This document shows, in pieces, positions 15,124-23,272 of a stretch of 24,000 nucleotides of DNA (positions are counted from its first letter, which is position 1; the number at the start of each line of letters is the position of its first letter). The position numbers and the translations under genes are program-made. Source of the stretch: Pseudonocardiaceae bacterium YIM PH 21723 (GTDB taxonomy: Bacteria; Actinomycetota; Actinomycetes; Mycobacteriales; Pseudonocardiaceae). The notes below the pieces were generated by a model. That model was not told where the DNA came from, ran no database searches, and worked only from the letters and a program-made list of their open reading frames with translations. The stretch is from positions 191,577-215,576 of the forward strand of contig QZFT01000034.1 of assembly GCA_003600225.1 (NCBI GenBank). Direction: 5' to 3'.

Positions 15124-15543
15124 ATGACCACGGCACGGGAGATCATGACCAGCACGGTGGCCTGCGTGCTGGACACCGCGGCGATGAGCACGGCGGCGGT
15201 GATGATGCGCGACCTGGAGGTGGGCGCCCTGCCGGTATGCCGGGAGGACGGCACCTTGATCGGCATGGTGACCGACCGGGACATCGCGATCCAGGGGGTG
15301 GCGAGCGAGCTGCCGGCGTCGACGCCCATCGGGCGGCTGACCAATATGGGCATCTACTCGGTGGACGCCAACGCGCACGTGACCGACATCTTCAACATCA
15401 TGAGCGAGTTCCAGGTCCGCCGGGTGCCGGTGCTGGACGGGGATCGTCTCGTCGGCATCGTGTCCCAGTCCGACGTGGCCCGGGAGCGGTCCCGCAAGGA
15501 GACCGGCGAAGTCGTCGGGCAGATCTCGGAGCTGCGGGAATGA
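15124..15543 (+). CDS. CBS-pair domain protein (hypoxic response protein 1-like)
   Basis: 139 aa with two CBS motifs (ALPVCREDGTLIGMVTDRDI and RVPVLDGDRLVGIVSQSDV). GGGAG/GGAGA Shine-Dalgarno precedes the ATG. The stop overlaps the next start (ATGA). Confidence 0.85.
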   Translation: MTTAREIMTSTVACVLDTAAMSTAAVMMRDLEVGALPVCREDGTLIGMVTDRDIAIQGVASELPASTPIGRLTNMGIYSVDANAHVTDIFNIMSEFQVRRVPVLDGDRLVGIVSQSDVARERSRKETGEVVGQISELRE

Positions 15544-16340
15544 GTACCCTGCTCGCGGTACACGCCCACCCGGACGACGAGTCGACGAGCACCGGCGGCA
15601 CGCTGGCGCGGTACGCGGATCTCGGGGTGCGCACGGTGCTGGTCACCTGTACCAACGGCGAGCTCGGGGACAGTCCCAGTGGGGCGAAACCGGGGCAGCC
15701 GGGGCACGACATCGCCGAGGTGATCTCGACCCGGCGCGGCGAGTTGGAGCAGGCGTGCCGCATCCTGGGCGTCGGTGATTCGGAGATGCTCGGCTATCAC
15801 GACTCCGGCATGCGCGACTGGGGCTACCGTGATCGTCCGGATGTCTTCGCCTCCCGTCCGGTGGCCGAGGTGGCCGACCGGATCGAGGCCCTGCTGCTGC
15901 ACCACCAGCCGGAGGTGGTGATCACCTACGACCCGGAGAACGACCGTCAGCACGTGGACCATCTGCATGCCGCCCTCGCCACGGCGGCCGCGGTGGCCCG
16001 GCTGGCCGCACCGCCCGCGTTGTTCTTCAAGGCGCACGGCACCCGCTACTGGGCGGGCATCCGCACCGCGCTGGGGGTGATCGGGGTGCACCGGCCGGAG
16101 CCGGAGCCCGCCGCGGCCGCCTTCTACGCGGAGACCGAGCGGCGGATCACCACCTCGCTGGACGTGTCGGCGGTGATCGACCGCAAGTACGCCGCGCTGC
16201 ACGCGCATCGCAGCCAGATCGCGAGCTCCTCGGCGGGCCGGTTGCCCATGCCGCTGTTCGCCCAGGCGCTCAACCCGGAGACCTACATCCGCTCCGGCGC
16301 CACCGCCGACGGCCGCCTGGAGACCGACCTCTTCAGCTGA
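15540..16340 (+). CDS. PIG-L family deacetylase (MshB/Mca-like)
   Basis: The ATG at 15540 overlaps the CBS stop. The protein has the AVHAHPDDE metal-binding motif near the N-terminus and a later HVDH motif. The upstream part of the track ORF (15063-) is a shadow extension. Confidence 0.85.
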   Translation: MSTLLAVHAHPDDESTSTGGTLARYADLGVRTVLVTCTNGELGDSPSGAKPGQPGHDIAEVISTRRGELEQACRILGVGDSEMLGYHDSGMRDWGYRDRPDVFASRPVAEVADRIEALLLHHQPEVVITYDPENDRQHVDHLHAALATAAAVARLAAPPALFFKAHGTRYWAGIRTALGVIGVHRPEPEPAAAAFYAETERRITTSLDVSAVIDRKYAALHAHRSQIASSSAGRLPMPLFAQALNPETYIRSGATADGRLETDLFS

Positions 16341-16342
16341 GT

Positions 16343-16405
16343 CCCGGAGTTGACGATGTTCGGCTGCCAGGAAATCCATGCGGCCCGAACATCGTCAACT
16401 CCGGA
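16343..16405. repeat. Palindromic intergenic repeat, copy 3
   Basis: The left arm cccggagttgacgatgttcg (16343-16362) is identical to copies 1 and 2. The right arm cgaacatcgtcaactccgg (16386-16404) is perfect over 19 bp. The loop is different and longer (about 21-23 nt, ggctgccaggaaatccatgcggc). It starts 2 nt after the TGA at 16338-16340. Confidence 0.9.
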
Positions 16406-16485
16406 GCCACCGGCCACGAGAAAGATCGGAACGGATCTGTTCGGCGGATGGCCGGCTCGCCGGTCCCCGTGGATATGCTCGGCGG

Positions 16486-19272
16486 ATGTTGTGGGGACTC
16501 GCGGCATTGGCCAGCGGCGTGCTGATGGTGCTGCTCGTGGTGTTCCGTGACCGGGACACCAAACCCGCCAACTGGATCGGCCCGGTGCACGGCCTGGGTG
16601 TGTTCATCGTGTGCTGGAGTGTGTTCGGGGGCGATGTCCCCGCCCTGCCCTGGCTGAGCTCCGCCGTGCTCGGTCTGCTGACCGTCGGCGCGACGCTGAG
16701 TCTTGCCCGCATCTGGGCCGATGAGCGGCGGCCGAATCTGGATCTGGCGTTCGACGCGCACGACGCCGGTCGCACGCTGTTGCAGACCTTCGACGCGACC
16801 GGCGACATCGCGGCCCTGGAGTCGGGGATCGATCAGCTCCGCACGGCGGTGCGATCCAGCGAAGCCGGCACACCGACATACCCCTTTCCCGCCGATATCC
16901 CGCATGCCCGCTACACGGCGAACCTGCTGCTGGCCCTGCGCGGCCGCTACCAGCGGCTCGGCGATCCCGGGGACCTCGACGAGGCCATCGACGCCGGGCA
17001 CCGCGGGATCGAGGCGAGCGGCCGCGATCCGCGCCGGGGCGCACTGCTGGCCCAGCTCAGCGCCGCGCTGCGGCTGCGTCACGAGCACTTCGGCGATGCC
17101 GACGATCTGCAGGACGCGGTGGACATCGCCCGGCAGGGCATGGACGTGTCCCAGGTCAGGGACCGCGCGGACCGGCTGATGTGCACCGGCGAGCTGAGCG
17201 CCGCGCTCCGCGGCCGCTACGAGCAGCACCGCGACCCGGCGGATCTCGATGCGGCGATCGAACACCTGGAGGCCGTGCTGACCGCCGGCCGGGAACGCCT
17301 GGTCCCCACCATCCGGGTCGCCGACCTGACCGCGCTGTCCGGGCTGCTCGTCCAGCGGTACCTGAGCACCGCCGTGGTATCGGATGTCGACCGGGCCGTG
17401 CTGCTGGGCGACCAGGCCGTCGCGAACGCGCCCGCCGGCTTCCGGCAGTACGAGTCGGCGCGCAGCGCCCTGGCGCACGCCTTGACGGTGCGCTTCGCCG
17501 GTGTGGGCGAACGTGCGGACCTGGACCGGGCGATCGACCTGACCCAGCAGGCCCTGGCGGCCACGCCGCCGGATGACCCCAGCCGGGCCCGGCTGCTGCT
17601 CACCGAGGCGACCGGCGTCTTCACCCGGTACCGGTCCACCGGTGAGCCGATCGACCGGGATGTGGCGCTGGCCGCGGCCAGGAAGGCGGCGGCGGACTCC
17701 AGCACCGATACCGTCACCCGGCTGCGTGCCGGGATGCTGTGGACAGAGATCGCGATCTCCGCGGATCGCTACGCCGACGCGGTCACCGGTTTCGAGGGCG
17801 TCATCGAGCTGCTGCCGCGGATCGCCGCGCGTGAACTGCACCGCGGCGACCAGGAGCACCGCCTCGCCCAGTGGACCGGCATCGCCTCGGCGGCCGCCGC
17901 GTGCGCGATCGAGAGCGGTGACCTGGAGAAGGCCGTTCAGCTGCTGGAACAGGGTCGCGGGGTGCTGCTGGCCAGGGAACTGGATGTGACGGCGGGCCTG
18001 CCCCGGCTGCACGCCACACACCCGGAACTGGCTCGCCGGCTGGAGGGGCTACGGCTGAGCCTGGCGGTGGTCTACGAGGCCTCCGACGAGGGGCCCGGCC
18101 GCGAGGCGGAACGCCGGGCGCGGCTGGACCGGCTCGCGGCATGGGACCGGCTGCTCACCGAGATCCGTGGTCAGGACGGCTTCGCCGATTTCGGCCGCCC
18201 ACCGCGGATCGAGGAATTCCTGCGGGCAGCCGACCACGGCCCGGTGATCATCCTCAACGTCTCCGGGCACCGGTCGGACGCGATCATCCTGGCGCAGGGC
18301 GGAATCCGGTCGATCCCGCTTCCCGGAGTCACCCCGGACACGGTGGACGCGCAGCTCGGCACGGTGACCGCTGCGGTAGGGCCGCGGGAGCTGCTGGATC
18401 TCGCGGCGCAGCGGCGGCTGGACTCGGTGCTGCGCGGGCTGTGGGCGGATCTCGTCTCGCCGGTGCTGCGCGAACTGGGCATCCACGCGCCAGGCCCCGG
18501 GGAGGATCTACCGCGACTCTGGTGGGTTCCCACCGGTCCCCTCGCCCTGCTCCCCATCCACGCCGCCGGCCTGCACGACACTCGCGCTTCGGCGGATCCC
18601 CAGACGCTGGTCGACCGGACGGTGTCCTCCTACGCCCCCACCGTGCGTTCGCTGAGCCGCACCTCCGCCGCTCCCGCACCGGGCATGCGGGCGGCGGAAC
18701 CACTGGTGGTGGCCATGTCCGCCACCCCGGACCACGCGGAGCTGCCCGGGGCGCCCGCCGAAACGGACATCGTGCGCCGATTCGCCCCGGCCGCCCGGAT
18801 CCTGGCGGACGAGCAGGCGACCCGGCAGAGCGTGCTGGACGCACTGCCCGGACGGTCGCTGGTCCACTTCGTCTGCCACGCGGTCACCGACCCCCGTTCC
18901 CCCTCCCGGGCGCGGCTGCTGCTGCACGATCACCGGAACGCCGGGCTCACCGTGCTGGACATCTCCCGGCTGCTGCTGTCCGACGGCGAGCTGGCCTACC
19001 TCTCGGCCTGCGAGACCGCCATGCCCGGGACCCGCATCGCCGACGAGGCGATCCACCTGTCGTCCGCGTTCCAGCTGGCCGGGTTCCGACAGGTGATCGC
19101 GGGCCTGTGGCAGCTGCACGACAAGGTAGCCGTCCGATTCGCCGAGGAGGTGTATCGGCGGTTCGAGGAGATGGAACCGGCGCGCGCGGTACGGGAGGCG
19201 ACGCTCAGCGCCCGGGAACTGATGCCCAACCTGCCGGGCCTATGGGCCGGTCACGTCCACATTGGACGGTGA
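16486..19272 (+). CDS. Membrane-anchored TPR-repeat CHAT-domain protein (caspase-like protease fold)
   Basis: ATG 16486 is the first in-frame ATG outside the repeat; the track start at 16378 lies in the repeat loop. Three N-terminal hydrophobic segments are followed by repeats marked DLDEAID, DLQDAVD, DLDAAIE, DVDRAVL and DLDRAID. The C-terminal module has LVHFVCHAV (His codon 18877-18879) and YLSACETA (Cys codon 19009-19011), as in CHAT domains. Confidence 0.8.
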   Translation: MLWGLAALASGVLMVLLVVFRDRDTKPANWIGPVHGLGVFIVCWSVFGGDVPALPWLSSAVLGLLTVGATLSLARIWADERRPNLDLAFDAHDAGRTLLQTFDATGDIAALESGIDQLRTAVRSSEAGTPTYPFPADIPHARYTANLLLALRGRYQRLGDPGDLDEAIDAGHRGIEASGRDPRRGALLAQLSAALRLRHEHFGDADDLQDAVDIARQGMDVSQVRDRADRLMCTGELSAALRGRYEQHRDPADLDAAIEHLEAVLTAGRERLVPTIRVADLTALSGLLVQRYLSTAVVSDVDRAVLLGDQAVANAPAGFRQYESARSALAHALTVRFAGVGERADLDRAIDLTQQALAATPPDDPSRARLLLTEATGVFTRYRSTGEPIDRDVALAAARKAAADSSTDTVTRLRAGMLWTEIAISADRYADAVTGFEGVIELLPRIAARELHRGDQEHRLAQWTGIASAAAACAIESGDLEKAVQLLEQGRGVLLARELDVTAGLPRLHATHPELARRLEGLRLSLAVVYEASDEGPGREAERRARLDRLAAWDRLLTEIRGQDGFADFGRPPRIEEFLRAADHGPVIILNVSGHRSDAIILAQGGIRSIPLPGVTPDTVDAQLGTVTAAVGPRELLDLAAQRRLDSVLRGLWADLVSPVLRELGIHAPGPGEDLPRLWWVPTGPLALLPIHAAGLHDTRASADPQTLVDRTVSSYAPTVRSLSRTSAAPAPGMRAAEPLVVAMSATPDHAELPGAPAETDIVRRFAPAARILADEQATRQSVLDALPGRSLVHFVCHAVTDPRSPSRARLLLHDHRNAGLTVLDISRLLLSDGELAYLSACETAMPGTRIADEAIHLSSAFQLAGFRQVIAGLWQLHDKVAVRFAEEVYRRFEEMEPARAVREATLSARELMPNLPGLWAGHVHIGR

Positions 19273-19425
19273 GCCGGCTTCCGGCTCAGCCGGGCGGGCA
19301 CTCGCCCCCGCCGCCTCGTCCGGGGCGGCGTCCGGCTCGGCGATCCCATCCCGTGGGGTGTAGCCGCGTACCTCGGCGGGTTCGGCGAGCAGCATGCGTT
19401 CGTACGGGGTCAATTCGGTCATCAT
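19240..19425 (-). CDS. Possible small acidic protein (60-61 aa), third gene of the membrane operon
   Basis: Tandem ATGs at 19425 and 19422 overlap the upstream TGA, with GGAGGA immediately upstream. Translation: MMTELTPYERMLLAEPAEVRGYTPRDGIAEPDAAPDEAAG... Caveats: 13 of 61 codons end in A/T, and the 3' end overlaps the CHAT gene by 33 nt. Confidence 0.3.
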   Translation of the reverse strand: MMTELTPYERMLLAEPAEVRGYTPRDGIAEPDAAPDEAAGASARPAEPEAGSPSNVDVTGP

Positions 19426-20060
19426 TCCTCCTGCGGCAAGGCGTGCACGAGCTCGACGATGTCCGCGTCCTCGCCGCGCAGGTACAGGCCCGCCGTATGC
19501 CCGACCCGCCCGGTGAACGCGCCATCCGGCCGCATCCGCCACGCCGATTCCAGGTACAGGCCCTCCGGCTCGGGATACGACGTGGCGTAGGAGTTCGATC
19601 CGTACCAGCCACCGATCCAGGTGCCGTCCTTCAACCGGACCCGCACGAAGCAGGACCCCCGCGTGCGGAACATGTGATCCCACGCGGTCCGGTTGGACCG
19701 GTACCCCGCGGGCCGGCGGCGCCGTTCCCACAACGAGACGCCGAAGGCGGCCGCAGCGGGCACCACCACCAGCAGCACCAGCGCCGTCAGCCCGACCGCC
19801 TCCGGACGCTGGACCAGGCCGTTCCACCCCGTGCGGCCGTCACCGCGCAGCAGGCGGATCAGGAAGGAACCCGCGACCGCCAGGTACAGGGAGCCCAGCA
19901 GCACCGAGGCAGCGACCGCCCGCAGCACCCGTTCACCGAGATTGCGCTCACCGCTGACCGGGCCACGCATGCGCTCCCGCAGGAACTGGTAGGTGACACC
20001 GGGCAGTACCAGCAGCACCAGCAGCGTGGCCTGGGTCAGGTTGGACGGAGCCGGTCCCAT
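19422..20060 (-). CDS. Membrane protein with a soluble C-terminal domain (resembles DUF6338 as I recall it)
   Basis: ATG 20060 lies 2 nt after the upstream stop. 212 aa with three hydrophobic segments, then WDHMF...CFVRVRLKDGTWIGGWYG...EGLYLE...GLYLRGEDADIVELV. The track's 329-aa version extends over the upstream gene. Confidence 0.65.
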   Translation of the reverse strand: MGPAPSNLTQATLLVLLVLPGVTYQFLRERMRGPVSGERNLGERVLRAVAASVLLGSLYLAVAGSFLIRLLRGDGRTGWNGLVQRPEAVGLTALVLLVVVPAAAAFGVSLWERRRRPAGYRSNRTAWDHMFRTRGSCFVRVRLKDGTWIGGWYGSNSYATSYPEPEGLYLESAWRMRPDGAFTGRVGHTAGLYLRGEDADIVELVHALPQEE

Positions 20061-20062
20061 GC

Positions 20063-20563
20063 TCAGATCTCCGGCAGGTTGCGCGGGTCGTACCGCGTCG
20101 GCGGTGGGGGCGCGGGCTGTGCGGGCCCCTTGCGCCTGATGGCCACGGCGAGGATCAGTATCAGCACCAGACCACCGGCACCCAGCCAGTAGCGGTAGCC
20201 GTCGGTCCACTGGATCAACGCCGCGCTCTTCTCGACCCCGACGTTGCTGAAGACCAGATAGACCAGACCGGGCAGGGCGGGCGGCAACACCAGGCACGAC
20301 AGCAACAGGATCCCCGTGACCAGCGCGACGAATCCCACGAGCGCGGGCGGGTGATCGAACCCGGAGAGCAGCCAGCCGATCCCGGCCGCGGTCATGACCG
20401 CTCCGCCCCACAGCAGGATCGCCTGGGTGAACCTGGCCAGCCCGGACTGGGTCAGCCGGCTGTTCCTGGCCCGGCGCGCGGCGATCGGCGGCAGGACCAC
20501 ACCGATGAAGAAGGCCAGCACGGCGACGATCACCAGGATCAGGGTCAGGGTGCTCAACGTCAC
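20063..20563 (-). CDS. Integral membrane protein (166 aa, about 4-5 TM), unknown function
   Basis: GTG 20563. The sequence is strongly hydrophobic (LTLILVIVAVLAFFIGVVLPPIA, AILLWGGAVMTAAGIGWLL, ALVGFVALVTGILLLSCLVL, LGAGGLVLILILAVAI) with a Pro-rich tail. No clear Shine-Dalgarno is present. Confidence 0.55.
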   Translation of the reverse strand: MTLSTLTLILVIVAVLAFFIGVVLPPIAARRARNSRLTQSGLARFTQAILLWGGAVMTAAGIGWLLSGFDHPPALVGFVALVTGILLLSCLVLPPALPGLVYLVFSNVGVEKSAALIQWTDGYRYWLGAGGLVLILILAVAIRRKGPAQPAPPPPTRYDPRNLPEI

Positions 20564-20593
20564 CCGGCCACGATAGGCCAGCCGTGCCCGGCG

Positions 20594-20621
20594 ACGGGCG
20601 GCCCCCAGGGGGACCGCCCGT
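20594..20621 (-). terminator. GC-rich hairpin after the acyl-CoA dehydrogenase gene
   Basis: acgggcggccccc (20594-20606) pairs with gggggaccgcccgt (20608-21), with one bulged A. It lies 17 nt downstream of the TAG (20638-20640) on the minus strand. No U-tract follows. Confidence 0.45.
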
Positions 20622-20637
20622 TCGGGGGATAGTGGTG

Positions 20638-21789
20638 CTACAGGCCCATCGACTTGCTGATGATCGTCTTCATGACCTCGCTGGTACCGCCGTAGATCCG
20701 GGTGACCCGGGTGTCGGCGTACAGGCGGGCGATGGGGTACTCGTTGATGTAGCCGTAGCCACCGTGCAGCTGCAGGCAGCGGTCGATCACCTTGGCGGCG
20801 GCGTCGGTGCAGAACAGCTTCACCGCGGCGGCGTCGGCCGCGCTGAGCTCACCGGCGTCCAGGGCCTCGATGGCCTTGTCGACGTAGGCCTCCATGGCGT
20901 ACACGTCGGCCTGGCAGGCGGCCAGCTCGAACTTGGTGTTCTGGAAGGACGCGACCGGCTTGCCGAAGACCACGCGGTCCTTGGTGTACTTGGTCGCGAA
21001 CTTCACCGCGGCCGCCGCCTGCGCGTAGGCGCCGTGCGCGATGCCGAGGCGCTCGCGCGGCAGGTTCTGCCCCAGGTAGGAGAAGCCCTTGTTCTCCTCG
21101 CCCAGCAGGTCGCCCACCGGCACCCGGACATCGGAGAAGGACAGCTCGGCGGTGTCCGAGACCCGCAGGCCCAGCTTGTCCAGCTTGCGGCCGACGGTGT
21201 AGCCCTCGGACTTGGTGTCCACCACCAGCAGCGAGATGCCGAAGCGGCGGTCGTCCTCCTTGGGCGGCGCGGTGCGGGCGCAGACGATCACCCGGTCGGC
21301 GAGCACGCCACCGGTGATGAAGGTCTTGGCGCCGTTCAGGATGTAGTGGTCACCGTCGCGCACGGCGGTGGTCTTCATGCCCGCCAGGTCGGAGCCGGTA
21401 CCCGGCTCGGTCATCGCGATGGCGAACATGATCTCGCCCGCGATGAAGCCGGGCAGCCACGCCTTCTTCTGCTCCTCGGTGGCGTAGGCCAGGATGTACG
21501 GCAGACACAGGCCCACGTGGACGCTGCTGCCGCCGAACGAGACACCCGCGTCGCAGAGTTCCTCGCTCATCAGGGTCTCGTACTTGTAGGACTCGATGCC
21601 GGCGCCGCCGTACTCCTCCGGCACCTCGATGCCCCACACGCCCAGCTCGGCGAGCTCGCGGTAGAGGTCACGCGGGACGATCCCGGCCTCGTACCAGGCG
21701 TCGAAGTTCGGGACGACCTTGTCCTGGATGAAGGACCGGATCGTCTGGCGGAAAGCCTCGTGGTCCTCGTTGTACACAGTGCGCTTCAT
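20638..21789 (-). CDS. Acyl-CoA dehydrogenase
   Basis: ATG 21789 with AGGAG 8 nt upstream, 383 aa. Family motifs present: AMTEPGTGSD, LNGAKTFITGG, and C-terminal IYGGTSEVMK. The track's 521-aa version runs into the SDR gene in another frame. Confidence 0.9.
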   Translation of the reverse strand: MKRTVYNEDHEAFRQTIRSFIQDKVVPNFDAWYEAGIVPRDLYRELAELGVWGIEVPEEYGGAGIESYKYETLMSEELCDAGVSFGGSSVHVGLCLPYILAYATEEQKKAWLPGFIAGEIMFAIAMTEPGTGSDLAGMKTTAVRDGDHYILNGAKTFITGGVLADRVIVCARTAPPKEDDRRFGISLLVVDTKSEGYTVGRKLDKLGLRVSDTAELSFSDVRVPVGDLLGEENKGFSYLGQNLPRERLGIAHGAYAQAAAAVKFATKYTKDRVVFGKPVASFQNTKFELAACQADVYAMEAYVDKAIEALDAGELSAADAAAVKLFCTDAAAKVIDRCLQLHGGYGYINEYPIARLYADTRVTRIYGGTSEVMKTIISKSMGL

Positions 21790-21800
21790 GCCGCAATCTC

Positions 21801-22553
21801 CTAGAGCTTCATTCCGCCGTCGACGTACAGGGTCTGCCCGGTCACGAACGCGGAGTCCGGACCGGCCAGGAAACTGATCACATTCGCGATGTCCTCGGGC
21901 TGGCCGACCCGGCCGATCGGGATGGCCGCCACGGACGCCGCCTGGAACTGCTCGAAGTCCACACCGACCCGGGCGGCGGTGGCAGCGGTCATGTCGGTGG
22001 CGATGAAGCCCGGTGCCACCGCGTTGACCCGGATGCCGTACCGGCCGAGCTCGATCGCCAGGGTGCGGGTCAGGCCCTGCAGGCCCGCCTTGGCCGTCGA
22101 GTAGTTGGCCTGGCCGCGGTTGCCGAGGGCCGAGGTGCTGGACAGGTTGATGATCGCGCCGGTCTTGCGCTCGACCATGCTGCGGGACGCGGCGCGGGAA
22201 CACAGGAAGGCACCGCGCACGTGCACGTTCAGCACGGTGTCCCAGTCACTGGCGGACATCTTGTACAGCAGGTTGTCCCGCAGCACGCCCGCGTTGTTGA
22301 CCAGGATGTCGATCTGACCCAGCTCGGCGACGACCTTGCCGACGGCCGCCTCGACCTGGTCCTCGTTGCTCACGTCGGCGGCCACCGCGATCGACTTGCC
22401 GCCGATCTCAGCGGCCGTCACCGCTGCCTGCTCCTGCGACAGATCCAGCACCGCGATCGTGGCGCCGTCCGCGGCCAGCCTGCGCGCGGTGGCCGCGCCG
22501 ATCCCGCGCGCACCTCCGGTGACCAGGGCCACCCGTCCGTCGAGTGCAGCCAT
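21801..22553 (-). CDS. Short-chain dehydrogenase/reductase, 3-oxoacyl-ACP reductase (FabG)-like
   Basis: ATG 22553 with AGGAGGG upstream, 250 aa. Motifs present: TGGARGIG cofactor motif, NNAG, and the catalytic Y-S-T-A-K (YxxxK). Confidence 0.9.
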   Translation of the reverse strand: MAALDGRVALVTGGARGIGAATARRLAADGATIAVLDLSQEQAAVTAAEIGGKSIAVAADVSNEDQVEAAVGKVVAELGQIDILVNNAGVLRDNLLYKMSASDWDTVLNVHVRGAFLCSRAASRSMVERKTGAIINLSSTSALGNRGQANYSTAKAGLQGLTRTLAIELGRYGIRVNAVAPGFIATDMTAATAARVGVDFEQFQAASVAAIPIGRVGQPEDIANVISFLAGPDSAFVTGQTLYVDGGMKL

Positions 22554-22587
22554 GCTGAGCCCTCCTGAACCGAACGTCGTTAGGTAG

Positions 22588-22615
22588 TTGCGACGATACC
22601 AAACACTGTTAGCTT
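22588..22615 (+). promoter_or_regulatory. Candidate promoter for a leaderless TetR transcript
   Basis: TTGCGA (22588-22593), a 16-nt spacer, then TAGCTT (22610-22615, TANNNT). The ATG at 22622 lies 6 nt downstream with no Shine-Dalgarno. The 9-bp palindrome AACACTGTT (22602-22610) overlaps the spacer/-10. Confidence 0.3.
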
Positions 22616-22621
22616 TATGGC

Positions 22622-23272
22622 ATGCCTCGACCACGAACGCCACTGCTGAGCCGGGATCGCATCCGGGCAGCGGCGCTCGCCCTGATCGACAAGGACGGGC
22701 TGGCCGAGCTGTCGATGCGCAAACTGGCCCAGGAGCTGGGCGTTCAGGCCGCCTCGCTGTACAGCCACTACAAGACCAAAGAGGCGTTGCTGGACGAGAT
22801 CGGCGTCCAGATCCTGGACAAGGTGGACGTCACCGGGTTCGCCGGCAGCGACTGGCGGGCCGGCCTCACCGGCTGGGCCCGCTCCTACCGCGCGGCCCTC
22901 GCCGCGCACCCGAACTTCGTGCCCTATCTCGCCTCCGGGCCCGGCCGGCATCCGGCGGCCCTGGAGATCGCCGACAAGATCCACGGCGGGCTGATCCGCG
23001 CGGGCTGGCCGCCCCGGTACGCGACCATGATCGGCGCGTCCACCAAGTACCTGGTGCTGGGCGCGGCACTGACCTCGTTCGCCCGCGGCTTCGACGCCGA
23101 CACCCAGGTCTACCTGGACCGATACCCCAACCTGGGCCAGGCGCACCTGTTGCAGCAGATGGCGGACGAGATCGACACCGATAGCTTCGAGCTGGCGCTG
23201 ACCGCGTTCCTAGACGGCCTGGACCGGCTGCGCCCGACGCTGGGTCACCTCGGCCAGCCCGGCCACGAGTAG
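22622..23272 (+). CDS. TetR/AcrR family transcriptional regulator
   Basis: 216 aa with HTH: LSRDRIRAAALALIDKDGLAELSMRKLAQELGVQAASLYSHYKTKEALL. It is divergent from the SDR/acyl-CoA dehydrogenase operon. Confidence 0.85.
   Translation: MPRPRTPLLSRDRIRAAALALIDKDGLAELSMRKLAQELGVQAASLYSHYKTKEALLDEIGVQILDKVDVTGFAGSDWRAGLTGWARSYRAALAAHPNFVPYLASGPGRHPAALEIADKIHGGLIRAGWPPRYATMIGASTKYLVLGAALTSFARGFDADTQVYLDRYPNLGQAHLLQQMADEIDTDSFELALTAFLDGLDRLRPTLGHLGQPGHE

Noticed and set aside
3703-16405. The three palindromic repeats as a CRISPR array.
   Set aside because: The copies are 3.4 and 9.1 kb apart and separated by ordinary genes. There is no regular spacer structure and no cas genes.
16333-18021. The 562-aa minus-strand ORF, plus many other long ORFs (e.g. 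18141-20192 +, 20584-21804 +, 13572-14972 +, 13612-14919 -, 15354-16379 -, 2016-3227 +, 11310-12251 -, 12339-13316 +, 22866-23771 -).
   Set aside because: All are antisense or out-of-frame overlaps of genes with clear family signatures. All have Arg/Gly/Pro/Ala-dominated composition, which is characteristic of non-coding frames in ~70% GC DNA.
19240-19272. Convergent 3'-end overlaps (small acidic ORF vs CHAT gene here; TetR vs MFS at 23210-23272) as functional antisense regulation.
   Set aside because: Such overlaps arise easily from late stop codons in high-GC DNA. There is no additional sequence evidence. The hairpin tgagccgg-ctt-ccggctca (19270-19288) at the CHAT stop is short and weak.
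22575-22597. cgtcgttaggtagttgcgacg as a TetR operator in the SDR/TetR intergenic region.
   Set aside because: Only a 5-6-bp imperfect inverted repeat (cgtcg/cgacg) is present, which is too weak to call. The 9-bp AACACTGTT palindrome is noted under the promoter feature at low confidence.
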